Part shown: positions 31,195-39,905 of the stretch, piece after piece
Layout of the letters: the number at the start of each line of letters is the position of its first letter
Position numbering within the stretch: position 1 is the first letter of the stretch
Assembly (NCBI GenBank): GCA_050260975.1
Contig: JBLNCV010000193.1
Location: 1 to 46,030, forward strand
Direction: 5' to 3'
Length of the DNA: 46,030 nt
Source of the DNA: Syntrophothermus sp.
Lineage (GTDB): Bacteria; Bacillota; UBA5301; JAMCQP01
The notes under the pieces: generated by a model
What the model was told of the DNA's origin: nothing
Database searches by the model: none
Seen by the model: only the letters and a program-made list of their open reading frames with translations
Position numbers and translations under genes: made by a program

Positions 31195-32532
31195 TCATCC
31201 AAACGGTTTCCAGGATTTGACCACCTGCTGCATATGTGTACCCTGGGCCGGCACTCCCTGCGCAAATAAACCTCGTCCAGCCTGCCCCGGAAAATTCGTG
31301 GGTTGTCCGGGCGAGGGATTGACAGGTACGTTCACCACATATGAATCGCCGGTCCATGGCCGGAAAGCATGCACATTGATCGCCCCCGGCGGTATATACG
31401 GATTGTACACGTCGTTTCCTCCGTATCCACCAGAGACCTCGTATCCCTCGTTCCCCTCATCTTCCTCATACTTTCCCGACTTCTGCCGGGTTGGCAGCGA
31501 TCCCTGCGTGGGTAAGCCGTATTGCGGCGATTTGGACGGCAGTGTTCCCTGAGGCGCCTCGGATGGAATAGGTGCCTGTTGCCCCGAGGCAGGCATTTCC
31601 TGCCTTGCGAAAGATTCGGATTCCAAAGGGACTGGTAGTTTCTCAGGAACAGACAATTCGTCTGGGATGGGCAATTCGTCGGAGATCGTCATCCAATCGC
31701 CGGTTACGATCCCTGCTTGTTTTTGAGACTTCGTTCGTGTCAAGGAGCGGAAATAGCTTACTATCCCCTGGTAAAGCCCTTCGGCGCAGCGTTGGTGGAA
31801 ATCGGACATCAGAGGGGATTGTTTATTTGAGGTGTGGCCGTAGCACCCGCATTCCACCACGGCCGACGGCGCCCATGTCCCCGCCAGGAGGCGAAAATAT
31901 TCTTCGTTCTCCGGATCGCTCAGGCACAGCCTCATCCCCGCATCCGGCAGACCCGTGGCCTGAACAACTCCTTTGCTCAAGTTTTGTGCAAGCCGCCGGC
32001 TTCGAAAGAACGGGATATACGAGTAATATGCCGTTACCCCGGGTTTGCAGCCCGGCCCCATGCCTGAGGTATGGATACTCAGAATCAACGAAGGGCGTAC
32101 CCTGTTGGCGATCTTTGCCCTCTCCCTTGCCGGTACCGCCTGATCTGCCTCGCGTGTCATGATGACCGTCGCGCCCGCCGATAATAGAAGCGCACGAAGC
32201 CGCAGGGCAATATCCAGGGTTTCATGCGCCTCCGCATCACCTTGAGAGCCTGATTCACCTTGAGCCGATCCCCCGTGCCCCGGATCAAGAACAATCACCT
32301 GGCCCCCCGCAAATGAATTAATGTGGAGTTTCCGATTTTGGCGATCCACATGCGCCCGAGCTCCAGTGGCTTTACAAACCGTCAGGACCGCTGGTAAAGC
32401 CGGTTCCTGGATCGGTGACAATTCTTGATCTTCCACAAAAAGCTTTATATCCATTTCAACCGTCATCCTCCCGGCGGTGCCCGTCGGCCTTCCCAAGGCG
32501 GCCAATCCATCACATTTATCCAGAGCTACCAC
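31195..32532 (-). CDS. N-acetylmuramoyl-L-alanine amidase (Amidase_3, CwlD/sporulation type) with a Pro/Gly/Gln-rich C-terminal region
   Basis: IVLDPGHGGS...EAHETLDIALRLRALLLSAGATVIMTRE...RERAKIANRVRPSLILSIHTSG is the MurNAc-LAA catalytic domain. The start is uncertain (32532, 32466 or 32454). Confidence 0.8.
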   Translation of the reverse strand: MVALDKCDGLAALGRPTGTAGRMTVEMDIKLFVEDQELSPIQEPALPAVLTVCKATGARAHVDRQNRKLHINSFAGGQVIVLDPGHGGSAQGESGSQGDAEAHETLDIALRLRALLLSAGATVIMTREADQAVPARERAKIANRVRPSLILSIHTSGMGPGCKPGVTAYYSYIPFFRSRRLAQNLSKGVVQATGLPDAGMRLCLSDPENEEYFRLLAGTWAPSAVVECGCYGHTSNKQSPLMSDFHQRCAEGLYQGIVSYFRSLTRTKSQKQAGIVTGDWMTISDELPIPDELSVPEKLPVPLESESFARQEMPASGQQAPIPSEAPQGTLPSKSPQYGLPTQGSLPTRQKSGKYEEDEGNEGYEVSGGYGGNDVYNPYIPPGAINVHAFRPWTGDSYVVNVPVNPSPGQPTNFPGQAGRGLFAQGVPAQGTHMQQVVKSWKPFG

Positions 32533-32573
32533 CTTATCTTATGCGGAAGTAAGAAGCACTGCCACCAGGCAAA

Positions 32574-32612
32574 GACAAAAAAGAAGAGAAGCTATTACAC
32601 TGCTCCTCTTCT
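32574..32612 (-). terminator. Rho-independent terminator after the CAP-domain gene
   Basis: Minus strand AGAAGAGGAGC-AGTGTAATA-GCTTCTCTTCT followed by TTTTTTG. Confidence 0.75.
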
Positions 32613-32663
32613 CGGCGAGTCATATTTTGTTCCAGTTAAGGCTTGTCCACCCATGTACCTTAT

Positions 32664-33248
32664 TTAAGGCAGGATGAACTCCTCGGTGACCACTATCCCT
32701 GAAAACGGTTTATTGGGGACGATCCCTATACCGATCCGGGTAAAGGTCGGGCTGAGAATCTTCCAAACATGTCCTTCGCTGCTCATGAAGGCTACGTGGG
32801 CACTGTATACATCCCGGTGCCGGGCGATGTTTTCACCCGAATAGCGGAACTGTACACCTTCGGCTCTCAGCATCTGGCTGGGAGTGCCGTAGGTGGGCGA
32901 GACATGGCCGTCATACCTGTACTTCACCACATCAAGGCTCTTTTTGCGGGCGATTTCCGTGAGCTTCATATCCAACTGAAGAGCAGGCAAGCCAATCTTA
33001 GCCCGCTCGCCATTTACCAGGTCCAACATCAACTTTTCGTCCGCGGAAAGCCCGGGGATTGGCGCTGGATTTGGCGTCGGGTTGGGATTTGGCTGAGGAT
33101 TCGGTGTTGGGTTCGGAGTCGGAGTCGGGGCGGGCTGCGTAAAGTACTTTGAGTACCAGGAAGCGCCAGCAGGGCTGGCCGGCAGGATGCCTACCATCAG
33201 GAACGCAGCAACGGTAAATACTACTAGGAGTCGCAGGTCTTTTCTCAT
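32664..33248 (-). CDS. Secreted CAP/SCP-domain protein (YkwD-like) with a PTPNP-repeat linker
   Basis: Has the signal peptide MRKDLRLLVVFTVAAFLMVGILPASPAGA, then PTPTPNPTPNPQPNPNPTPNPAP, then a CAP domain (LVNGERAKIGLPAL...GENIA...HVWKIL). ATG 33248 follows AAGGAGGAAG. Confidence 0.8.
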   Translation of the reverse strand: MRKDLRLLVVFTVAAFLMVGILPASPAGASWYSKYFTQPAPTPTPNPTPNPQPNPNPTPNPAPIPGLSADEKLMLDLVNGERAKIGLPALQLDMKLTEIARKKSLDVVKYRYDGHVSPTYGTPSQMLRAEGVQFRYSGENIARHRDVYSAHVAFMSSEGHVWKILSPTFTRIGIGIVPNKPFSGIVVTEEFILP

Positions 33249-33499
33249 CAGTTCTTCCTCCTTCTTGCATAATTTACTGTTTGAGGTAGACCTGTAAATA
33301 TTATACATCGATACCATATTAATTCAAAATCGCAAAATCAGCTACAGGTGGTTATTGTGAAGACAGGTACTCACTTTGGGTCTATAGTCTTCTTTTATCG
33401 CGAAAAAAATGGGTGGTGGAAAAAACCGACATTCTCCCCTTTTTGTTGCGACGGCGTAATACTTTTTCCCTGAACAAGCAAATCTTTTTCAGAGTTGGT

Positions 33500-33527
33500 A
33501 CCACTTTCGGGGGGTTGTCATAGGATA
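33500..33527 (+). promoter_or_regulatory. Possible sigma-K-type promoter (AC-N17-CATAGGATA) upstream of the first Cys-rich paralog
   Basis: AC at 33500-33501, a 17 nt spacer, then CATAGGATA at 33519-33527. This fits the mother-cell sigma-K consensus AC-16/17-CATAnnnTA. Based on the pattern match only. Confidence 0.3.
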
Positions 33528-33578
33528 AGGCAGAGGTCAGGCAACCTCATAAACTATCTAGAGAAAGGAGGATGACTA

Positions 33579-34262
33579 ATGTCTAATGGGATCCAGGCCC
33601 CATTCGCCGCCATGCAGCAGCAGGTGCCGCCGATCGTACCGGGTCCGTGCCCTCCTACGGGATGTCCGCCTCCCACGGAGATCGTCTGCATAGAGACAAA
33701 GAAAGTATATGATTTCTGTGTCCAGACCAGGACCACCACGGAGTGCTTCGAGATTCCCAGGCCCACTCCTTCCGGGTGCCCGCCGACGGGAAAAACGATT
33801 GACCGGACAGTGCCGCCAACGTGCGCGATTGCCACTACAAGCTGCACACTGGTATCAAGCACACCGGTTCCTGGCACCTTCGGCTTTGTCAGAGCGGTCT
33901 TTGATGTCTGCTTCAGACTGGACATTACTCTCACATTCACAGACGGCACTACCTGTACGTTCACCACTGATGAGCGTTGCATCACCAAGCGGGCCACTAT
34001 CTTCGCGCCACCCGGCACAAGAATTATCTGCAACATCATCAACCAGGATTGCGGCCCATGCCGGTTCTCCAGAATTGTTGGCAATACCCCCACAGAGGTC
34101 TGCTGCGACATTGCACTTTGCATCGAAGTCCAGTCCAGGGCAAAAGTGAAACTCCTGGTACCGTCCTTCGGCTTCTGCGTGCCGAGCGAGTGCGTCGAGT
34201 TTGGAGGGATTGAATGCCCACCGGTACCGCTCTTCCCGCCGCAACTCCCTGTCGGGGGCTAG
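33579..34262 (+). CDS. Cysteine-rich Pro/Thr-rich protein, paralog 1 (unknown family; putative spore coat/exosporium structural protein)
   Basis: 227 aa, about 21 Cys, no signal peptide. SD AAAGGAGGATGA precedes the start. Highly similar to the next ORF. Confidence 0.6.
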   Translation: MSNGIQAPFAAMQQQVPPIVPGPCPPTGCPPPTEIVCIETKKVYDFCVQTRTTTECFEIPRPTPSGCPPTGKTIDRTVPPTCAIATTSCTLVSSTPVPGTFGFVRAVFDVCFRLDITLTFTDGTTCTFTTDERCITKRATIFAPPGTRIICNIINQDCGPCRFSRIVGNTPTEVCCDIALCIEVQSRAKVKLLVPSFGFCVPSECVEFGGIECPPVPLFPPQLPVGG

Positions 34263-34284
34263 GCGACCACCAAGGCTGAATAAG

Positions 34285-34312
34285 GCGGGGGGTAACCCCC
34301 GCCCTTCTTTTG
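34285..34312 (+). terminator. Rho-independent terminator between the two paralogs
   Basis: GGCGGGGG-GTAA-CCCCCGCC followed by CTTCTTTT. Confidence 0.8.
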
Positions 34313-34365
34313 GTAACCCGCGGAAGTCGGAAACTTCTTAAACTGCTTAGAAAGGAGGATGACCA

Positions 34366-35073
34366 ATGTCAAAAAATGGACTCCAGGCCCCCTTTGCCGC
34401 CGTACGACAACAGGTGCCGCCGATCGCACCGGGTCCGTGCCCTCCTACGGGATGTCCGCCCGCCACGGAGATCGTCTGCGTAGAGACAAAGAAAGTATAT
34501 GATTTCTGTGTCCAGACCAGGACCACCACGGAGTGCTTCGAGATTCTCAACGGGCCAGTTTCTCCCGAGAGCCCGCCGACAGAAGCAACCATTACGAAGT
34601 TGGTAACTATTGACCGGAACGTACCGCCAACGTGCACGATTGCCACTACAAGCTGCACACTGGTATCAAGCACGCCGGTTCCCGGCAGATTCGGCTTTGT
34701 CAGAGCGGTCTTTGATGTCTGCTTCAGGCTGGACATCACTCTCACGTTGACAAACGGCACCACCTTCACATTCACCACTGACGAACGTTGCATTACCAAG
34801 CGGGCCACCATCTTCGCGCCACCCGGCACGAGAATTGTCTGCAACGTCATCAACCAGGATTGCGGCCCATGCCGGTTCTCCAGAATCGTCGACACTATCC
34901 CCACGGAGGTCTGCTGTGATATCGCTCTCTGCATCGAGATCCAGTCCAGGGCGGAAGTGAAGCTGTTGGTCCCGTCCTATGGCTTCTGTATTCCGAGCGA
35001 GTGCGTCGAGTTTGGAGGGATTGAATGTCCACCGGTACCTCTCTTCCCGCCGCAGCTTCCTGTTGGGGGTTAA
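34366..35073 (+). CDS. Cysteine-rich Pro/Thr-rich protein, paralog 2
   Basis: 235 aa with the same leader and SD as paralog 1. Differs mainly by an indel near residues 60-80 (LNGPVSPESPPTEATITKLVT versus PRPTPSGCPPTGKT). Confidence 0.6.
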   Translation: MSKNGLQAPFAAVRQQVPPIAPGPCPPTGCPPATEIVCVETKKVYDFCVQTRTTTECFEILNGPVSPESPPTEATITKLVTIDRNVPPTCTIATTSCTLVSSTPVPGRFGFVRAVFDVCFRLDITLTLTNGTTFTFTTDERCITKRATIFAPPGTRIVCNVINQDCGPCRFSRIVDTIPTEVCCDIALCIEIQSRAEVKLLVPSYGFCIPSECVEFGGIECPPVPLFPPQLPVGG

Positions 35074-35169
35074 GGCAACGCAAAAAGGACGCCTTGAACC
35101 TGACGCGAATTATTCATTTCACCTCGGACTCGGTTAAAAGGAGGAGGGCAAGGTAATATCCATTAAGGC

Positions 35170-35195
35170 GCGGGGCTAATCCCCGCTTTCTTTTT
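35170..35195 (+). terminator. Rho-independent terminator after paralog 2
   Basis: GCGGGG-CTAAT-CCCCGC followed by TTTCTTTTT. Confidence 0.75.
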
Positions 35196-35241
35196 CGCCG
35201 TGCAGCAACTGGCCTCACCCTTGAGAGTGGTCCGCTGGAAA

Positions 35242-35545
35242 CTATACCCGGATCAGAGCGGCCTTCTGGGCGTCCAGAAATTTAACGGCATTTAGGGCTG
35301 CTACCTGGCCTTCGCCCACGGCCTTGGCAAGCTGGTAGGGCCTGCCGGTGCAGTCCCCTGCCGCAAACAAGCCGGGAATATTGGTTTCCATCTTGTCCAT
35401 TGTAGTCTTCCGCCAACCCCTCAATAACAGGCGCCACAATCCGGCACGGGCCGCACCAGGGCGCCCAAAAGTCCATCAGCGCAACCCCCGGCCGGTCTAC
35501 AACCTCGGATCTAAAGTTGTCATCCGTCACATGCATTATACCCAT
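35242..35545 (-). pseudogene. trxA'-'trxB deletion remnant: thioredoxin N-terminus joined out of frame to the thioredoxin reductase C-terminus
   Basis: From ATG 35545 (SD AAGGAGG) the sequence reads MGIMHVTDDNFRSEVVDRPGVALMDFWAPWCGPCRIVAPVIEGLAEDYNG, a thioredoxin with WCGPC. It then turns to nonsense, while a different frame reads DKMETNIPGLFAAGDCTGRPYQLAKAVGEGQVAALNAVKFL, the TrxB C-terminus. Confidence 0.65.
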
Positions 35546-35624
35546 GGTTCCGCCTCCTTAGCTCCTTTTTGCTATACGGCTAGTATTAACAAAAAAGGCT
35601 GCTTGAAACGTACTCTGTTACGGC

Positions 35625-36896
35625 CTACTTGCGCAAAAAGGCATCCAACTTTTGCGCCAACTGCAGTACCAGAGCCAATCCGACCATAATCCCCAGACTC
35701 CAGAACAAAAGGGCGCCTCCAAACGAAAGGCTATCCAAAAAAGACCGGCTGTAGGCCAGACCGCCTTTTACGCTCGCGCCGGCCACCGGGGCAAGCACGG
35801 GCAGATGCATCGACCGGACCAGAATCTCCGCCGGACCCATGAGCAGGTAGGTGTACAGGCCGGCCACAAACGCGTGGATCACTCGGGCGAGAACATAGGT
35901 GGACATCCGGATATCGGTGCCCCGTACCACCGTTGCCACCTGCCCATGCACCGACAACCCGCTCCAGGCGATCACCGCGCTGGCCACCGCCGCCCTGTCG
36001 AGCAGCGGAGCCGCCGCTTTGGCCGCTGCCATGGTCCCCACATCGATCTCCATTGCCCCGCCAATAATGGCCTGGGCCAAAGACGGATCTATTCCAAGGA
36101 TTTGCAGTGCCCCGGCGACCCCCGGCATTAACAACCGGGTTGCCCCGGAGACACCAAGCACCTTTACGATCATGGAAAAGAGCATAATAAACCCGCAAAT
36201 CATCGCCAGGGTCTCCACCGAGCCCCGCACCGAATCTCCCAGTAAGGTGCCAACCGGCCTTCCGTCTTCTTTACGCGCTTTGTATAACTCCTGGAAAGCC
36301 CGAAGGACCATATTCCCTTTTTGACTGGAATCCAGAGCCGGCGAAGGCTCTGCCCGGCGGCCATAAAAACGAAAGATAATCCCTACCGTGAGGCTGGCCA
36401 CATAGTGGGCAATAGCCAGAGTAGCGCCCAATTGCGGCATCCCAAACATCCCTACCGCAACCGCCCCGAACATAAACAAAGGATCGGCCGTGTTGGTAAA
36501 GGCAAGCAACCGCTCACCTTCGATGCGAGTGCACATCCTGCTCTGGCGAAACTTGGCCGTGATCACCGCATCCATCGGGTAACCGGCCACCAGCCCCATC
36601 GACATGGCAAAAGCCCCTACTCCAGGTACATTGAAGAGCGGGCGCATCAGCGGTTCCAGAAATACACCCAGGAAGTGGACAATGCCCATCCCAAGCAAGA
36701 TTTCGGACAACACGAAAAACGGCAGGAGGGCGGGGAAGACTACATCCAGAAAGATGCGCAGCCCCTGGTAAGCGGCTTCAAACCCTTCTTTGGGGTAAAA
36801 GACCAGCGCCAGCGTCACCAGGGTAAAGGCAGAGGCCAACAAATAGACTCTCACCCGTTCCCAGGTAAGCTTGCGGATGTAAACCAGCAGCATCAT
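35625..36896 (-). CDS. ylbJ: Sporulation integral membrane protein YlbJ (nucleoside-recognition/Gate domains)
   Basis: 423 aa polytopic membrane ORF. FPALLPFFVLSEILLGMGIVHFLGVFLEPLMRPLFNVPGVGAFAMSMGLVAGYP and ERLLAFTNTADPLFMFGAVAVGM match YlbJ. Confidence 0.8.
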   Translation of the reverse strand: MMLLVYIRKLTWERVRVYLLASAFTLVTLALVFYPKEGFEAAYQGLRIFLDVVFPALLPFFVLSEILLGMGIVHFLGVFLEPLMRPLFNVPGVGAFAMSMGLVAGYPMDAVITAKFRQSRMCTRIEGERLLAFTNTADPLFMFGAVAVGMFGMPQLGATLAIAHYVASLTVGIIFRFYGRRAEPSPALDSSQKGNMVLRAFQELYKARKEDGRPVGTLLGDSVRGSVETLAMICGFIMLFSMIVKVLGVSGATRLLMPGVAGALQILGIDPSLAQAIIGGAMEIDVGTMAAAKAAAPLLDRAAVASAVIAWSGLSVHGQVATVVRGTDIRMSTYVLARVIHAFVAGLYTYLLMGPAEILVRSMHLPVLAPVAGASVKGGLAYSRSFLDSLSFGGALLFWSLGIMVGLALVLQLAQKLDAFLRK

Positions 36897-37160
36897 CGGT
36901 GGCCACCCTTCTTGGTTTACCGGGTAGTGGGAACCCTAAACCTATGTATATGGCAACCAAAATGGTTTATGAGTACAGGTGCGGGTGGGAAAACCGGGTC
37001 GGGTAACAGGTATTCAGCTTGCCCTCTCCCGCCAAAATTTGGCAAAGAATTTTTGCGCAAGATATGTATAATGGCGATTTCACCGGGCACAATACTATCG
37101 CAAAGAAGATCGCAAGTCGGCCAACGCCGATTGAATCTTTCCTCCCCCACAAGCCCATAG

Positions 37161-37189
37161 TCAAAGAGGATGCCAGTGGCATCCTCTTT
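37161..37189. other. Perfect 13 bp hairpin (CAAAGAGGATGCC-AGT-GGCATCCTCTTTG), a possible terminator
   Basis: Read directly from the sequence. It lies 35 nt downstream of folE2 on the minus strand, where it has no U-tract. On the plus strand it is followed by ACCTTTTC. Confidence 0.4.
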
Positions 37190-37223
37190 GACCTTTTCAG
37201 GGGAGATTTTTCATTAAAATTGA

Positions 37224-38039
37224 TTAAAAATCGGAAGCTTCTTCCGCCGAATAGATCCGGCTCAACTCCTCGTTATGATAAGCATAGGCGCTATGGTTGT
37301 GGATTGATTCGAAATTCTCCACCTCTACCTCAAACCATGCCACTTTCGGTTCATTTCTGAGCACCAGGATGGTATCGCGCAGGATGTCTTCCACAAACTT
37401 CGGGTTGTCATAGGCCCTTTCGGTTACGTATTTTTCGTCTTCCCGCTTAAGGAGAGGGTAGATCTGGCAACTGCCTTGCTGTTCGACCAGGGCAATCAAC
37501 TCTTCAATCCATAAATACTCCCTCGGCTTGAACCTGACCCGGACCTTGATGGTCCCCCGCTGGTTGTGGGCGCCATAAGCGGAGATCTCCTTGCTGCAAG
37601 GGCAAAGCGAAGTTACCGGCATCTCCACCCCCAAAATCAGGTCGTAGCTGTGGCCGTTCAACGAAGCGGTAAATTCGCAGTCATAATCCAGGAGGCTGAG
37701 GTTTTTGCTAACCGGGGCCTCCTTGGGGACAAAATATTTAAAATGGACGGTCATCTCGGAACGCTTGGCGTGCAACTTCTTTTTGGCTTCCTCCAGCACC
37801 CCGTGGAGCTGGCGCACCGACAATCCCCGCTGGCTCCATTCCATGAGGATCTCCAGAAAACGGCTCATGTGGGTGCCTTTATAATGCTGAGGAAGGCTGG
37901 CCGTCAGGGAGATATTGCCCAAAACGGTCTGGAAACCGCCTTCCTTCTGTTCGATGTGCAAAGGGAGGTGAACATTCTTGACTCCTACCTTTTGAATCTC
38001 AATACCGCGGTAGTCCCAGCTCATCTGAACATCTTTCAA
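37224..38039 (-). CDS. folE2: GTP cyclohydrolase FolE2/MptA (type IB)
   Basis: 271 aa ORF. GTHMSRF, VTSLCPCSKEISAYGAHNQRG and the overall length match FolE2. TTG start. Confidence 0.85.
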   Translation of the reverse strand: MKDVQMSWDYRGIEIQKVGVKNVHLPLHIEQKEGGFQTVLGNISLTASLPQHYKGTHMSRFLEILMEWSQRGLSVRQLHGVLEEAKKKLHAKRSEMTVHFKYFVPKEAPVSKNLSLLDYDCEFTASLNGHSYDLILGVEMPVTSLCPCSKEISAYGAHNQRGTIKVRVRFKPREYLWIEELIALVEQQGSCQIYPLLKREDEKYVTERAYDNPKFVEDILRDTILVLRNEPKVAWFEVEVENFESIHNHSAYAYHNEELSRIYSAEEASDF

Positions 38040-38152
38040 GGCCTCACCCCATTTAGGGGGGTATTCGACCCCGCCGGGGATTTTTCCTGCCGGGCAAGAG
38101 CAATACTACATCTCTGCGCCACTATTTCAAATATTTTCTTCAAATAATTCCT

Positions 38153-38181
38153 TTGACACCTTAAGCATCTTGTCTTATAAT
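38153..38181 (+). promoter_or_regulatory. Sigma-A-type promoter for vapBC (TTGACA-17-TATAAT)
   Basis: TTGACA at 38153-38158, a 17 nt spacer, then TATAAT at 38176-38181. It sits 42 nt upstream of the vapB ATG. Confidence 0.7.
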
Positions 38182-38222
38182 TGGGTTAGAAAGTATGACC
38201 TGGTACGAAAGGAGAGCCTGTT

Positions 38223-38483
38223 ATGAAACCAGAGATCCTAAAGGTCCGGATCAAGGGGCAGATTACAATCCCCACCAAACTTCGCCGTCAACTTGGGATT
38301 GAAGAAGGCGACTACCTTACTCTGGAAAAAAATGAGGATAGCTTGATTCTCAGGAAACTTCAGGCCTACAAGCATGCCTCTTTTGATGACGGCATCTGGA
38401 AGCTAATTGGGTCCGCAGAAGATAAAGAAGGCAAGACCGATATCTCCACAAACAAACACCGCTACCTGCGTGAAAAATTATGA
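38223..38483 (+). CDS. vapB: AbrB/SpoVT-domain antitoxin (VapB-type)
   Basis: 86 aa ORF. VRIKGQITIPTKLRRQLGIEEGDYLTLEKNEDSLILRK is a SpoVT/AbrB swapped-hairpin domain. It overlaps the next ORF by 4 nt. Confidence 0.8.
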   Translation: MKPEILKVRIKGQITIPTKLRRQLGIEEGDYLTLEKNEDSLILRKLQAYKHASFDDGIWKLIGSAEDKEGKTDISTNKHRYLREKL

Positions 38484-38878
38484 GGGTTTTTGTGGATTCT
38501 AGCGCGGTGGTCGCCTTATTAGTCAAAAACGACGGTAAGCATCCGGAAGCCGTAGCAGCTCTCCAGCATTTTACGAAACAACACGCCGAGCTTATCCTCT
38601 CCAACTTCGTAGTAGCCGAAATCTATAATCTGATCATCGCCCGTACCTACCCCAGCAAAGCCCGGGAGTGGCTTCTAAGCAACACCTGGCCTGTCGAGGC
38701 CATAACGTACTCGGATGAAAAGCGCGCTCGCTGGCTGATTGAAAAATATGCAGACAAAGACTTCTCTTATACGGACGCAACGAGTTTCGCCCTGATGGAA
38801 AGGTTGGAGTTCGACCTCGCCTTCACCTATGACCAACACTTCCGCCAGTACGGCCTGGCCACCCAGGAGTCGCTTTAG
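38480..38878 (+). CDS. vapC: PIN-domain toxin (VapC-type)
   Basis: 132 aa ORF. MRVFVDSSAVVALL (first acidic residue), FVVAEIYN and FSYTDATSFALMERL follow the PIN pattern. Confidence 0.8.
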   Translation: MRVFVDSSAVVALLVKNDGKHPEAVAALQHFTKQHAELILSNFVVAEIYNLIIARTYPSKAREWLLSNTWPVEAITYSDEKRARWLIEKYADKDFSYTDATSFALMERLEFDLAFTYDQHFRQYGLATQESL

Positions 38879-38894
38879 GGCCTTCAGAAACACT

Positions 38895-39905
38895 TCAGAG
38901 ACTTAACGGCTTCTCCAGGCAATGGAGCAGGAGTCTAACCGCCCCTTCCACATCCCCGAGATCGGCCATCTCCGAGGGCGAGTGCACGTACCTGGCCGGG
39001 ATGGAAACCGTCCCTGAAGGAACTCCAGCCCTGGTAAGGTGAATGGCCCCGGCGTCGTTGCCGCCAAAATCCAGTACCTCTAGCTGATAGGGAACCTTGG
39101 CCTCCTGCGCGGCCGTAATCAAAAGCTGCCTTACCCCGGGGTGGCTGATGAGACTGCTGTCCATGACCTTAATCGCCGGCCCCTTACCCAATGCCAGTGC
39201 GACTGGCGGCGCCTCCGGCGTGTCCCCGGTGATTGTCACATCCACCGCGATTCCGTAATCAGGATTGATCCCGAAGGCCGAAGTTTCGGCGCCGCGTTTT
39301 CCAAGTTCCTCCTGAACCGAAAAGACGAAATAGGTATCGTTCGCGGGTTTCTTTAACCGCCGGAGCACCTCCAGCAAGACGGCACAACCAATCCGGTCAT
39401 CCAGGGCTTTGCCCGCCAACCGGTCGCCCAGATCTTCCATGGGACGCCACATCGCCGCGGTGTCCCCAATCTTCACCTTGGCTTCGGCGCCTGCCCTGTC
39501 CGTTGCGCCAATATCGATGAAAAGCCGGGCAAATTTCAGGTCTTTGAGTTCTTTCAGTTTTTCCAAGCCGATAACGCCTATCGCGCCGTTTGCGAAGGCC
39601 ACCCGCGCGCCGGGCAACCGGTGCGGGTCGAGGCTGCCCACCGGCGCAAACCGGAGAAAACCCTTTTCGTCAATATGGGTTACAACCACCCCGATTTCAT
39701 CCATATGCGCAGAGAGCATCACCCTTGGGCCCTTTGCGTGTTTGACGGCAATCACGTTTCCCAGGGCGTCCACTTTGACCTCATCCACAAGCCCCTCAAG
39801 CTCCTGCATGATTACCGCCCGTACCGGCTCTTCACTGCCCGATGGGCCCTGTGTCTCGGCAAGCCTCTTAATTAAATCTTTCAAGCCCTTTTTTAAGTCT
39901 TTCAC
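38895..39905 (-). CDS. M42-family aminopeptidase (FrvX/YsdC/TET-like), copy 3
   Basis: 336 aa ORF. VDALGNVIAV, MLSAHMDEIGVVVTHIDEKGFLRF, GKALDDRIGCA and FSVQEELGKRGA are M42 motifs. Confidence 0.9.
   Translation of the reverse strand: MKDLKKGLKDLIKRLAETQGPSGSEEPVRAVIMQELEGLVDEVKVDALGNVIAVKHAKGPRVMLSAHMDEIGVVVTHIDEKGFLRFAPVGSLDPHRLPGARVAFANGAIGVIGLEKLKELKDLKFARLFIDIGATDRAGAEAKVKIGDTAAMWRPMEDLGDRLAGKALDDRIGCAVLLEVLRRLKKPANDTYFVFSVQEELGKRGAETSAFGINPDYGIAVDVTITGDTPEAPPVALALGKGPAIKVMDSSLISHPGVRQLLITAAQEAKVPYQLEVLDFGGNDAGAIHLTRAGVPSGTVSIPARYVHSPSEMADLGDVEGAVRLLLHCLEKPLSL

Noticed and set aside
33554-34934. Two long minus-strand ORFs (189 and 195 aa) antisense to the Cys-rich paralogs.
   Set aside because: Both mirror the duplicated plus-strand genes, which have strong SDs and terminators in the plus orientation. 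The antisense ORFs have neither.
38040-38152. folE2 leader checked for a THF, preQ1 or ZTP riboswitch.
   Set aside because: I could not match the conserved cores of these classes as I remember them. Only a generic GC hairpin (CCCGGCAGG...CCCCGGCGGGG) is present.
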